Below, piece by piece: positions 41,201 through 53,318 of a stretch of 64,000 bases of DNA. A program made the translations under genes and the position numbers. The stretch is from Eledone cirrhosa (Eukaryota). Location: NCBI GenBank assembly GCA_964016885.1, contig OZ024743.1, forward strand, positions 12,896,001 through 12,960,000. The letters run 5' to 3'. Below the pieces are notes generated by a model. That model searched no databases and was not told the origin of the DNA. It saw only the letters and a list, made by a program, of their open reading frames with translations. Numbering within the stretch: position 1 is the first letter of the stretch; each line of letters starts with the position of its first letter.

Positions 41201-44200
41201 TTATGTTGTGTATGTAGTTGATGTTATGTATGTAGTTTATGTTATGTATGTAGTTGATGTTATGTATGTAGTTTATGTTATGTATGTAGTTTATGTTGTG
41301 TATGTAGTTGATGTTATGTATGTAGTTTATGTTATGTATGTAGTTGATGTTATGTATGCAGTTGATGTTGTGTATGTAGTTGATGTTATGTATGTAGTTG
41401 ATGTTGTGTATGTAGTTGATGTTGTGTATGTAGTTTATGTTATGTATGTAGTTGATGTTGTGTATGTAGTTGATGTTGTGTATGTAGTTTATGTTGTGTA
41501 TGTAGTTGATGTTGTGTATGTAGTTGATGTTGTGTATGTAGTTTATGTTATGTATGTAGTTGATGTTGTGTATGTAGTTGATGTTGTGTATGTAGTTTAT
41601 GTTATGTATGTAGTTGATGTTGTGTATGTAGTTTATGTTGTGTATGTAGTTGATGTTGTGTATGTAGTTTATGTTGTGTATGTAGTTGATGTTATGTATG
41701 TAGTTGATGTTGCGTATGTAGTTTATGTTATGTATGTAGTTTATGTTATGCATGTAGTTGATGTTGTGTATGTAGTTTATGTTATGTATGTAGTTGATGT
41801 TATGTATGTAGTTGATGTTGCGTATGTAGTTTATATTATGTATGTAGTTGATGTTATGTATGTAGTTGATGTTGTGTATGTAGTTTATGTTATGTATGTA
41901 GTTGATGTTGTGTATGTAGTTTATGTTATGTATGTAGTTTATGTTATGTATGTAGTTTATGTTATGTATGTAGTTTATGTTATGTATGTAGTTTATGTTA
42001 TGTATGTAGTTGATGTTGTGTATGTAGTTTATGTTGTGTATGTAGTTGATGTTGCGTATGTAGTTTATGTTATGTATGTAGTTGATGTTGTGTATGTAGT
42101 TTATGTTGTGTATGTAGTTGATGTTGCGTATCTAGTTTATGTTATGTATGTAGTTGATGTTGTGTATGTAGTTTATGTTGTGTATGTAGTTTATGTTATG
42201 TATGTAGTTTATGTTATGTATGTAGTTGATGTTGTGTATGTAGTTTATGTTATTTATGTAGTTGATGTTGTGTATGTAGTTTATGTTATGTATGTAGTTG
42301 ATGTTGTGTATGTAGTTTATGTTGTGTATGTAGTTTATGTTATGTATGTAGTTGATGTTGTGTATGTAGTTTATGTTGTGTATGTAGTTGATGTTGCGTA
42401 TGTAGTTTATGTTATGTATGTAGTTTATGTTATGTATGTAGTTGATGTTGTGTATGTAGTTTATGTTATGTATGTAGTTTATGTTATGTATGTAGTTGAT
42501 GTTATGTATGTAGTTTATGTTATGTATGTAGTTGATGTTGTGTATGTAGTTTATGTTGTGTATGTAGTTGATGTTGCGTATGTAGTTTATGTTATGTATG
42601 TAGTTGATGTTGTGTATGTAGTTTATGTTATGTATGTAGTTGATGTTGTGTATGTAGTTTATGTTGTGTATGTAGTTGATGTTGCGTATGTAGTTTATGT
42701 TATGTATGTAGTTGATGTTGTGTATGTAGTTTATGTTATGTATGTAGTTGATGTTATGTATGTAGTTGATGTTGTGTATGTAGTTGATGTTGCGTATGTA
42801 GTTTATGTTATGTATGTAGTTGATGTTGTGTATGTAGTTTATGTTGTGTATGTAGTTTATGTTATGTATGTTGTTTATGTTATGTATGTAGTTGATGTTA
42901 TGTATGTAGTTTATGTTATGTATGTAGTTGATGTTGTGTATGTAGTTGATGTTGTGTATGTAGTTGATGTTGCGTAAGTAGTTTATGTTATGTATGTAGT
43001 TGATGTTGTGTATGTAGTTGATGTTGTGTATGTAGTTTATGTTATGTATGTAGTTGATGTTATGTATGTACTTTATGTTATGTATGTAGTTGATGTTGTG
43101 TATGTAGTTTATGTTATGTATGTAGTTTATGTTATGTATGTAGTTGATGTTGTGTATGTAGTTTATGTTATGTATGTAGTTTATGTTATGTATGTAGTTT
43201 ATGTTATGTATGTAGTTTATGTTATGTATGTAGTTGATGTTATGTATGTAGTTTATGTTATGTATGTAGTTTATGTTATGTATGTAGTTTATGTTATGTA
43301 TGTAGTTGATGTTATGTATGTAGTTTATGTTATGTATGTAGTTTATGTTGTGTATGTAGTTGATGTTATGTATGTAGTTTATGTTATGTATGTAGTTGAT
43401 GTTATGTATGTAGTTTATGTTATGTATGTAGTTTATGTTGTGTATGTAGTTGATGTTATGTATGTAGTTTATGTTATGTATGTAGTTGATGTTATGTATG
43501 CAGTTGATGTTGTGTATGTAGTTGATGTTATGTATGTAGTTGATGTTGTGTATGTAGTTGATGTTGTGTATGTAGTTTATGTTATGTATGTAGTTGATGT
43601 TGTGTATGTAGTTGATGTTGTGTATGTAGTTTATGTTGTGTATGTAGTTGATGTTGTGTATGTAGTTGATGTTGTGTATGTAGTTTATGTTATGTATGTA
43701 GTTGATGTTGTGTATGTAGTTGATGTTGTGTATGTAGTTTATGTTATGTATGTAGTTGATGTTGTGTATGTAGTTTATGTTGTGTATGTAGTTGATGTTG
43801 TGTATGTAGTTTATGTTGTGTATGTAGTTGATGTTATGTATGTAGTTGATGTTGCGTATGTAGTTTATGTTATGTATGTAGTTTATGTTATGCATGTAGT
43901 TGATGTTGTGTATGTAGTTTATGTTATGTATGTAGTTGATGTTATGTATGTAGTTGATGTTGCGTATGTAGTTTATGTTATGTATGTAGTTGATGTTATG
44001 TATGTAGTTGATGTTGTGTATGTAGTTTATGTTATGTATGTAGTTGATGTTGTGTATGTAGTTTATGTTATGTATGTAGTTTATGTTATGTATGTAGTTT
44101 ATGTTATGTATGTAGTTTATGTTATGTATGTAGTTTATGTTATGTATGTAGTTGATGTTGTGTATGTAGTTTATGTTGTGTATGTAGTTGATGTTGCGTA

Positions 44201-46670
44201 TGTAGTTTATGTTATGTATGTAGTTGATGTTGTGTATGTAGTTTATGTTGTGTATGTAGTTGATGTTGCGTATCTAGTTTATGTTATGTATGTAGTTGAT
44301 GTTGTGTATGTAGTTTATGTTATGTATGTAGTTGATGTTGTGTATGTAGTTTATGTTGTGTATGTAGTTTATGTTATGTATGTAGTTGATGTTGTGTATG
44401 TAGTTTATGTTATGTATGTAGTTGATGTTGTGTATGTAGTTTATGTTGTGTATGTAGTTTATGTTATGTATGTAGTTTATGTTATGTATGTAGTTGATGT
44501 TGTGTATGTAGTTTATGTTATGTATGTAGTTGATGTTGTGTATGTAGTTTATGTTATGTATGTAGTTGATGTTGGGTATGTAGTTTATGTTGTGTATGTA
44601 GTTTATGTTATGTATGTAGTTGATGTTGTGTATGTAGTTTATGTTGTGTATGTAGTTGATGTTGCGTATGTAGTTTATGTTATGTATGTAGTTTATGTTA
44701 TGTATGTAGTTGATGTTGTGTATGTAGTTTATGTTATGTATGTAGTTTATGTTATGTATGTATTTGATGTTATGTATGTAGTTTATGTTATGTATGTAGT
44801 TGATGTTGTGTATGTAGTTTATGTTGTGTATGTAGTTGATGTTGCGTATGTAGTTTATGTTATGTATGTAGTTGATGTTGTGTATGTAGTTTATGTTATG
44901 TATGTAGTTGATGTTGTGTATGTAGTTTATGTTGTGTATGTAGTTGATGTTGCGTATGTAGTTTATGTTATGTATGTAGTTGATGTTGTGTATGTAGTTT
45001 ATGTTATGTATGTAGTTGATGTTGTGTATGTAGTTTATGTTATGTATGTAGTTGATGTTGTGTATGTAGTTTAAGTTATGTATGTAGTTGATGTTGTGTA
45101 TGTAGTTTATGTTGTGTATGTAGTTGATGTTGCGTATGTAGTTTATGTTATGTATGTAGTTGATGTTGTGTATGTAGTTGATGTTGCGTATGTAGTTTAT
45201 GTTATGTATGTAGTTGATGTTGTGTATGTAGTTGATGTTGCGTATGTAGTTTATGTTATGTATGTAGTTGATGTTGTGTATGTAGTTTATGTTGTGTATG
45301 TAGTTTATGTTATGTATGTTGTTTATGTTATGTATGTAGTTGATGTTATGTATGTAGTTTATGTTATGTATGTAGTTGATGTTGTGTATGTAGTTGATGT
45401 TGTGTATGAAGTTGATGTTGCGTAAGTAGTTTATGTTATGTATGTAGTTGATGTTGTGTATGTAGTTGATGTTGTGTATGTAGTTTATGTTATGTATGTA
45501 GTTGATGTTATGTATGTACTTTATGTTATGTATGTAGTTGATGTTGTGTATGTAGTTGATGTTGTGTATGTAGCTTATGTTATGTATGTAGTTGATGTTG
45601 CGTATGTAGTTTATGTTATGTATGTAGTTTATGTTATGTATGTAGTTTATGTTATGTATGTAGTTGATGTTGTGTATGTAGTTTATGTTATGTATGTAGT
45701 TTATGTTATGTATGTAGTTTATGTTATGTATGTAGTTGATGTTGTGTATGTAGTTTATGTTATGTATGTAGTTTATGTTATGTATGTAGTTGATGTTGTG
45801 TATGTAGTTTATGTTATGTATGTAGTTTATGTTATGTATGTAGTTTATGTTATGTATGTAGTTGATGTTGTGTATGTAGTTTATGTTATGTATGTAGTTT
45901 ATGTTATGTATGTAGTTTATGTTATGTATGTAGTTGATGTTGTGTATGTAGTTTATGTTATGTATGTAGTTTATGTTATGTATGTAGTTGATGTTATGTA
46001 TGTAGTTTATGTTATGTATGTACTTGATGTTATGTATGTAGTTTATGTAATGTATGTAGTTTATGTTATGTATGTAGTTTATGTTATGTATGTAGTTTAT
46101 GTTATGTATGTAGTTTATGTTATGTATGTAGTTGATGTTATGTATGTAGTTTATGTTATGTATGTAGTTTATGTTGTGTATGTAGTTGATGTTATGTATG
46201 TAGTTTATGTTATGTATGTAGTTGATGTTATGTATGCAGTTGATGTTGTGTATGTAGTTGATGTTATGTATGTAGTTGATGTTGTGTATGTAGTTGATGT
46301 TGTGTATGTAGTTTATGTTATGTATGTAGTTGATGTTGTGTATGTAGTTGATGTTGTGTATGTAGTTTATGTTATGTATGTAGTTTATGTTGCGTATGTA
46401 GTTTATGTTATGTATGTAGTTGATGTTGCGTATGTAGTTGATGTTGTGTATGTAGTTGATGTTATGTATGTAGTTTATGTTATGTATGTAGTTGATGTTA
46501 TGTATGTAGTTTATGTTATGTATGTAGTTTATGTTGCGTATGTAGTTTATGTTATGTATGTAGTTGATGTTGCGTATGTAGTTGATGTTGTGTATGTAGT
46601 TGATGTTGTGTATGTAGTTAATGTTGCGTATGTTGTTAATGTTGCGTATGTAGTTGTTGAAGTTGTGTAT
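38201..46670. repeat. 18-bp satellite TATGTAGTT(G/T)ATGTT(GTG/ATG/GCG)
   Basis: About 470 tandem units in constant phase; 6-aa periodicity in ORFs on both strands. Confidence 0.98.
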
Positions 46671-47048
46671 GATGTTCACACGTTATGTAAGTTTTTGAAT
46701 TTGTAGATGCCGTGTTGATGCACTGTACATTTATATTGATATCGTGTATATTGTTTATGATTTTATGCTAATGTCAAATATGTCACTAAAGTTATGTTCT
46801 AGTGAATGTTGCTGTTGATGTTGATGTTGTTACCGTTGATATTGTGGTAGATTCTGTTGTTAACATCGAAAAAAATACTTTTACAAATGCTGAAAAGTCT
46901 TATTTTCACTGTTCTCTTTAAATGAACTTCTAAGACAAAATAACAGTAGAAAAGAGAAATTTTAGTTATAAACTGCTGATAATTTATACCGACTGAGAAT
47001 ACCATTCGAAAATATGGTACGCATCTTAAATTCTCCAAACAAACACGC

Positions 47049-47246
47049 TAATAATAATAATAATTGTTTCTACTTTAGGCACAAGGCCAGCAATTACACA
47101 GTGCATTACTGGTACTTTATTTTAACGACCCCGTAAGGATGAAAGGCAAAGTGAACCTCGGCGGGATTTGAACTCAGATCGTAAAGGGACGTAACTATGC
47201 TGGAAAGCATGGCGTACGACCCTGTACCGATACTGCCAATCCACCG
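47049..47246 (-). mobile_element. tRNA-derived SINE, octopus-type, short form
   Basis: Minus strand reads A-box-like TGGCAGTATCGG, B box GAGTTCAAATCCC, body CTTTGCCTTTCATCCTTACGGGGTCG and an (ATT)n tail. Four copies in the window. Confidence 0.9.
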
Positions 47247-47527
47247 AATAAAAATAATAATAATTATTTCTACTTCAGGAACAAGGCAAGCAATTTGAAA
47301 GGGAGGGAAAACTCTTATTTATGCATGAGGCCAAAAATTTGATGGGAGGGGAAAAGTCGTTTAAATCGATCCCAGTGCGTGACTGGTACTATATTTTATC
47401 GACCCCGTATGGATGAAAGGTAAAGCTAACCTCAGCGGGATTCGAACTCAAAACGTAAAGGGCCACAACTCTAAGCCGCAAAAAAATGGTGTCTGTTGCT
47501 CTACCAATGCTGCCAAATCCTCCACCC
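47247..47527 (-). mobile_element. tRNA-derived SINE, octopus-type, long form
   Basis: Same head, B box (GAGTTCGAATCCC) and tail as its neighbours, with extra internal sequence at ~47309-47392. Confidence 0.88.
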
Positions 47528-47730
47528 TAATAATAATAATAATTGTTTCTACTTTTGGCACAAGGCCAGCAATTAGCCAGTACATTGCTGGTACTTTATT
47601 TTATCGACCCCGTATGGATGAAAGGCAAAGTTAACCTCGGCGGGATTTGAACTCAGAATAGCAAGGACCGTAACTCTATGCGTCAAACCATGGCGTCCGA
47701 CCCTCTACCGATACTGCCAATCCACCGCCC
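47528..47730 (-). mobile_element. tRNA-derived SINE, octopus-type, short form
   Basis: Closely similar to 47049-47246. Confidence 0.9.
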
Positions 47731-48282
47731 TTGCTGCCAATAATAATAATAATGACAGTGATAATGATAATAATGTAAGACAAAGCTAACGGTTGATTTT
47801 AACTAAATTTTGTCTGTTGCAGAGAAAACAAATTGCATCGATAAAAACAAATAATTTTCATCATTTGTAAAATTTTTGTCTCTAAATCGAATTATAATAC
47901 ACTATTTTTTATCCGTTTACGTACGTTTTCACTGAAACACACCAAGTCACATGTTCAACCATATATTTAAACATACATATATAAATTCATATATAGATGC
48001 ATGTATACATTCACACAATCATCCAAAATACATGCATACATATGTATGTATTTCTGTATTTTTGAATGTGTGTATATATGTATTTATTTATTAATCATAT
48101 TCCTGAGATTTCTCTATGTTGTGACTATGAGTTTCATGAATTGCCGCGCGATTAGCGGTAAATCACGAAATTCGCATTTGCAACAGAGAAATCTCCGAAA
48201 TATATTTTCATAAAATTCTCTACTTTGGTATTGATCACTTATTTCATCGCGTTTGTAACCCCCCCCTCCTCAAGAAAAAAAC

Positions 48283-48367
<85 letters not shown>
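48283..48367. repeat. (TA)n microsatellite; further TA tracts at 49051-49159, 49581-49685, 51976-52328, 54563-54633, 59305-59426, 61661-61931
   Basis: Direct. Confidence 0.97.
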
Positions 48368-48368
<1 letters not shown>

Positions 48369-48539
48369 GGATTAACAAATAATAGTTAAATGCAGTCCAC
48401 TTAGGTGAAGTCCAGTTATGGTATTCCAGGTAGTGGATGATATTAACGCTTGGCTTGGTTTGACTCAACAAGGCGTTTTCATAGTGATGCTGCGGGTATG
48501 CTGTAATTCCTATGTTGTAAACACTTGGAGTAATAATAA

Positions 48540-48928
48540 ATCAGGAAAGAAGGTTTACATGGTTTGCTATACAAAAAAGTTTTTAATCACATAGCTTACA
48601 TTTGTTTCACTGAACTGGTATGTCTAGAGATCGCTATCCGCCTAATTTTGCGTCACTCGATCGCCAATACAGAATTATAACCAGTCAGATCTTCGGAGCC
48701 ATTGAATGCCATAACTACTCCATATTTTCTTTTATTTTCTTGCCTGTGTATTTTCTTCATTCTCGCATGCTCCGAAGATCTGACTGGTTATAATTCTGTA
48801 TTGGCGATCGAGTGACGCAAAATTAGGCGGATAGCGATCTCTAGACATACCAGTTCAGTGAAACAAATGTAAGCTATGTGATTAAAAACTTTTTTGTATA
48901 GCAAACCATGTAAACCTTCTTTCCTGAT
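48540..48928 (+). mobile_element. Penelope-like pLTR remnant with an upstream inverted copy (160-bp arms 48540-48699 / 48769-48928, 69-bp spacer)
   Basis: The arms are reverse complements with no mismatch seen. The right arm contains a hammerhead-like motif and ends in (TA)n. Confidence 0.7.
48767..48876 (+). ncRNA. Type I hammerhead-like motif, core CCGAAGA / GAAAC, long stem II, GUA site
   Basis: Stem I GCT/AGC; CCGAAGA 48772-48778; stem II CTGACTGGT/ACCAGTTCAG; GAAAC-AAAT-GTA 48860-48871. Confidence 0.6.
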
Positions 48929-48944
48929 ATATATATATATATAT

Positions 48945-49019
48945 ATTTATTAAAATAACAGATTAAAGTTTAAGCAAAGAATCACTGCTTTCACCCTTAA
49001 CGGGATCTTCTGAAACTAA
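48945..49019 (-). mobile_element. Solo 3' end (pLTR/hammerhead) of the Naiad-like family at 52326-54320
   Basis: Reverse complement of 54244-54320 with about one substitution; TA repeat at its 3' end. Confidence 0.85.
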
Positions 49020-49064
49020 GTCTTCAAATTTATTATTATTACTATATTACTATATATATATATG

Positions 49065-49159
<95 letters not shown>

Positions 49160-49197
49160 TTAAAAGAATAGAGGTGTAACATATGAGTTGTGATATA

Positions 49198-49691
<494 letters not shown>

Positions 49692-49746
49692 GTGAGGTTT
49701 TTTTTACAAAATGAAAAATAACCGAGGTGTCCTCCACGAGTGGAAG

Positions 49747-51320
49747 TATAAAGAAAAAGAGATGAAATCGAAAATGCAACTGAAGTCTTATTTTTTTTAA
49801 AAATATATATATTTATTTGGTTCCTTTACCGGTTTCGCAGTTCTTCTGCTTTTCAAAAGGTGAGTTGAGATGGAGGGTCTGTGGTTTTTCTCACATCTGG
49901 TTGGTCTCTAAATGTTACTTGTTTTATATGGAAAAAGTGGCTCGAAAGCCAGGTTTTTCGAGAAGTAATTTGATTGGTTTGTCAATAATTATAATAAATT
50001 TCGCGCCAGTTCGCGTTACAATAGTTCTTCAAATAAGAGAGGGGGGGGGGGTTGTCACAGGTTGTTTTTTCAAATATGAGTGTTTGAATTTCTTTTTACT
50101 TAAAAAAAGGAGGCTCACCGAGGCTTTTTTTTGGTTGGTTATAAATGAAATTTGGCTGTCATGTGAACAAGTTTTCATTACATTTTTGCAGAAACAGAAA
50201 CAAATTCAAGGTACGTCCAATATTCTATCATATATCTCAACACACAACCCAAGAAATGCGGAAGCTTACAACACTATTCACAATAACATCCCACTACTAA
50301 AACAAAACCCAAGAATGAAAAAAGCCCTTGAAACACACAAAATAATCAAAAGCAAAAGACAACCAAAATCACTGAAAACATTACTCACCAATGCCAAATT
50401 ACCTACCACAAAACCACAACCAAGTATCAAAAAATGTGGTCGCTCTAATTGTGGAACCTGCACTCACCTCATTGAAGGCAACACGTATACATTTAAATCA
50501 GGACAAAATTTTACTGTAAAAAATCACTTCACTTGCTCATCAAAATATCTAATTTATGCCATTAAATGTAAAGGATGCAATGAAGATTATATAGGACAAA
50601 CTAAACTCACACTCAGAAACAGAATGACAGTTCATCGCCAACAATTACGAGATCCAACCACGAGACAGATACCACTAAGTGCACATCTAGACATTTGCGC
50701 AAGTAATAAGACACCCAAATTCCAAGTCTTCCCATTTTACCTTTGCGCTAACAATACAACAGAACAAATGCGAATAAATAAGGAAAATATGTTTATTCAA
50801 AAATATAGACCAACATTAAATAAGGTTTAATATACATTATGTCAACACCGCAATATGACATACACACACACACATAACACCTTCTACTTTAGAAAATAAA
50901 AACCCGAACTAAATAAACCTTAACATACGTTTGCACTGGCAATACAACAGCAAACACGAAAAAGTCAGGAAAATATGTTCATTCAAAAATATTCCTACTA
51001 AAGGAATCACTTTCCTACACACACACATACACACACACACAATATATATATATATATATATTCTCTTCATCTTAACATGCTAACCATACTCCCACACACA
51101 TAACACCCATACACACACATAACAACCCCCACACCTACAACTCCCTCCCCATTTCTACTAATAGAACCACTTTCCTACACACATATATATATACACACAC
51201 ACAAAATATATATTCTCTCCATCTTAACATACTCGCACACACACACATAACACCCATATACACACACACACAACTCCCTCCCCCATCTCTACTAATAGAA
51301 TCATCTTCCAATACACACAT

Positions 51321-51353
<33 letters not shown>

Positions 51354-51971
51354 AGCACACAAATAAACACATATCTTCAGTCTCAATAGAAAATCTGAAC
51401 TCTGACACCTGAACTCTGACAGCTGGCCATATTCACTGAACCAGAACATTTCTCCCAATCCCTTTACCCTTGACCACTATCTCTCCATTGTCATAACATT
51501 CACTATAAAGACTACAGAATAGTTTTCCAAATAAGGGCGCAAAAATGTAATGAAAACTTGTTCACATGACAGCCAAATTTCATTTATAACCAACCAAAAA
51601 AAAGCCTTCGTGAGCCTCCTTTTTTCAAGTAAAAAGAAATTCAAACACTCATATTTGAAAAAACAACCTGTGACAACCCCCCCCTCTCTTATTTGAAGAA
51701 CTATTGTAACGCGAACTGGCGCGAAATTTATTATAATTATTGACAAACCAATCAAATTACTTCTCGAAAAACCTGGCTTTCGAGCCACTTTTTCCATATA
51801 AAACAAGTAACATTTAGAGACCAACCATATGTGAGAAAAACCACAGACCCTCCATCTCAACTCACCTTTTGAAAAGCAGAAGAACTGCGAAACCGGTAAA
51901 GGAACCAAATAAATATATATATTTTAAAAAAAAATAAGACTTCAGTTGCATTTTCGATTTCATCTCTTTTT

Positions 51972-51978
<7 letters not shown>
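49747..51978. mobile_element. 2.2-kb unit bounded by ~440-bp inverted repeats (49747-50189 / 51539-51978)
   Basis: The arms are near-identical reverse complements: ORFs 49817+ and 51908- give almost the same ~120-aa N-terminus. TATA at both ends. Confidence 0.9.
49928..50830 (+). CDS. Neptune-like Penelope GIY-YIG endonuclease fragment (homology from ~50190), in frame with an ATG inside the inverted repeat
   Basis: CGRSNCGTC linker, FTCSSKYLIYAIKCKGCNEDYIGQTKLTLRNRMTVH, R..KE..FI..Y.P.LN. No stop codon. RT absent. Expression unknown. Confidence 0.75.
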   Translation: MEKVARKPGFSRSNLIGLSIIIINFAPVRVTIVLQIREGGGVVTGCFFKYECLNFFLLKKRRLTEAFFWLVINEIWLSCEQVFITFLQKQKQIQGTSNILSYISTHNPRNAEAYNTIHNNIPLLKQNPRMKKALETHKIIKSKRQPKSLKTLLTNAKLPTTKPQPSIKKCGRSNCGTCTHLIEGNTYTFKSGQNFTVKNHFTCSSKYLIYAIKCKGCNEDYIGQTKLTLRNRMTVHRQQLRDPTTRQIPLSAHLDICASNKTPKFQVFPFYLCANNTTEQMRINKENMFIQKYRPTLNKV

Positions 51979-52033
<55 letters not shown>

Positions 52034-52045
52034 AGATATATAGAT

Positions 52046-52135
<90 letters not shown>

Positions 52136-52163
52136 TGTGATATATATATATATATATATAGAT

Positions 52164-52197
<34 letters not shown>

Positions 52198-52252
52198 TGT
52201 GATATATATATATATATATATAGATGTGATATATATATATATATATATAGAT

Positions 52253-52302
<50 letters not shown>

Positions 52303-52325
52303 ATCTATATATATATATCACATCT

Positions 52326-53318
52326 ATACAGGTTGAGGCCAATCTCTCGGTCGTTAATTACCTCGACATTACCCTCAATGTATTGAATGGGTTGTATTAC
52401 CCGTATAGAAAGCCGAATGATACGCTTAATTACATAAGTAAGCATTCCAACCATCCTGCCAGCATAACCAAGAACCTGGTAAGAAACGTTTCGTTGAGGC
52501 TTTCCCGTCTTTCCACCAACGAGAGAATTTTCAACGACCATTCCACTTATTACAATGAAGCTCTTGCTCGAAGTGGATTTGTCGATAAGGTAGCATATAC
52601 AGAGTATGAAAATAGACCTAGAAGAAATAGATCTCGTCGCATTTGTTGGTTTAACCCACCATATAATATGGAGGTGGCCACACCATTAGCTAAGATCTTT
52701 CTTTCCCTTATTACGAAGCATTTTCCCCCTACACATAAATATAGTAAAATCTTTAATAGAAATACTATTAAAATTTCTTACTCTACGACTCCTAACCTTG
52801 CACATAACATCACAGCTTCAAATTTAGCTAAACTACCTAGCCGTAGGAACACGTGCAACCCTGTAGTTAGTACTAACTGTAATTGTAGGAATCGGGCTGA
52901 TTGCCCCCTATCCGGGAAATGCCTCTCTAGTAACATTGTCTACAAGTGTAAGGTTGTAACACCCACGTCCCGTAGGGCCTACATAGGGTTAACCGCCAAT
53001 AGTTTCAAGCAGCGTCTTTACATGCATACCCATTCTTTTCGTTACCCTCTAAGAAGGAATATGACGTCACTTTCAGCTTATATCTGGAGTCTAAAAGACA
53101 ACCACACCCAATATAAGTTACACTGGGAGATCCTAGCTAGGGCTAGATCGTATAACGGAAATAAAAGACCATGTGACCTCTGCGCCGCTGAGGCCCTGGA
53201 AATACTCTACGCCACAGACCACATCTTAAACAAAAAATCTGAGGCAATTTCGGCTTGTAAACATAAATTGCACAAAACTTTCCTGTATTACAGCCCCACG
53301 TTATACCCTAACGGATAG
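52326..53318 (+). pseudogene. Truncated PLE ORF: [23 protein letters not shown], CNCx5C, NIVY..YIGLT..FKQR, CDLC..E, LNKKSE..CKH
   Basis: The reading frame is open from the TA-repeat junction to TAG 53318. CxCx5C is the linker motif I recall for Naiads. Confidence 0.88.

Noticed and set aside
1-46670. Telomere or telomerase-like G/T-rich repeat
   Set aside because: No TTAGGG. The GT-rich strand runs toward the complex sequence, opposite to a chromosome end at the left. Multi-kb higher-order repeats indicate recombinational amplification.
1-46670. CRISPR-like array
   Set aside because: No unique spacers, no cas genes, eukaryotic context.
38196-46706. (HNINYI)n or (VYVVDV)n repeat protein
   Set aside because: Stops in both frames are propagated with the higher-order repeat (GCG TAA on plus, TATCTAG on minus), and frame retention follows from the 18-bp unit.
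48797-48840. SECIS-like GUGA..AAAA..GA inside hammerhead stem II
   Set aside because: The helix above the GA quartet would be only 3 bp, versus ~11-12 bp in a SECIS.
51477-51908. Apparent paralogous gene [10 protein letters not shown]...
   Set aside because: It is only the translation of the inverted-repeat arm from a TTG start, with no recognisable domain.
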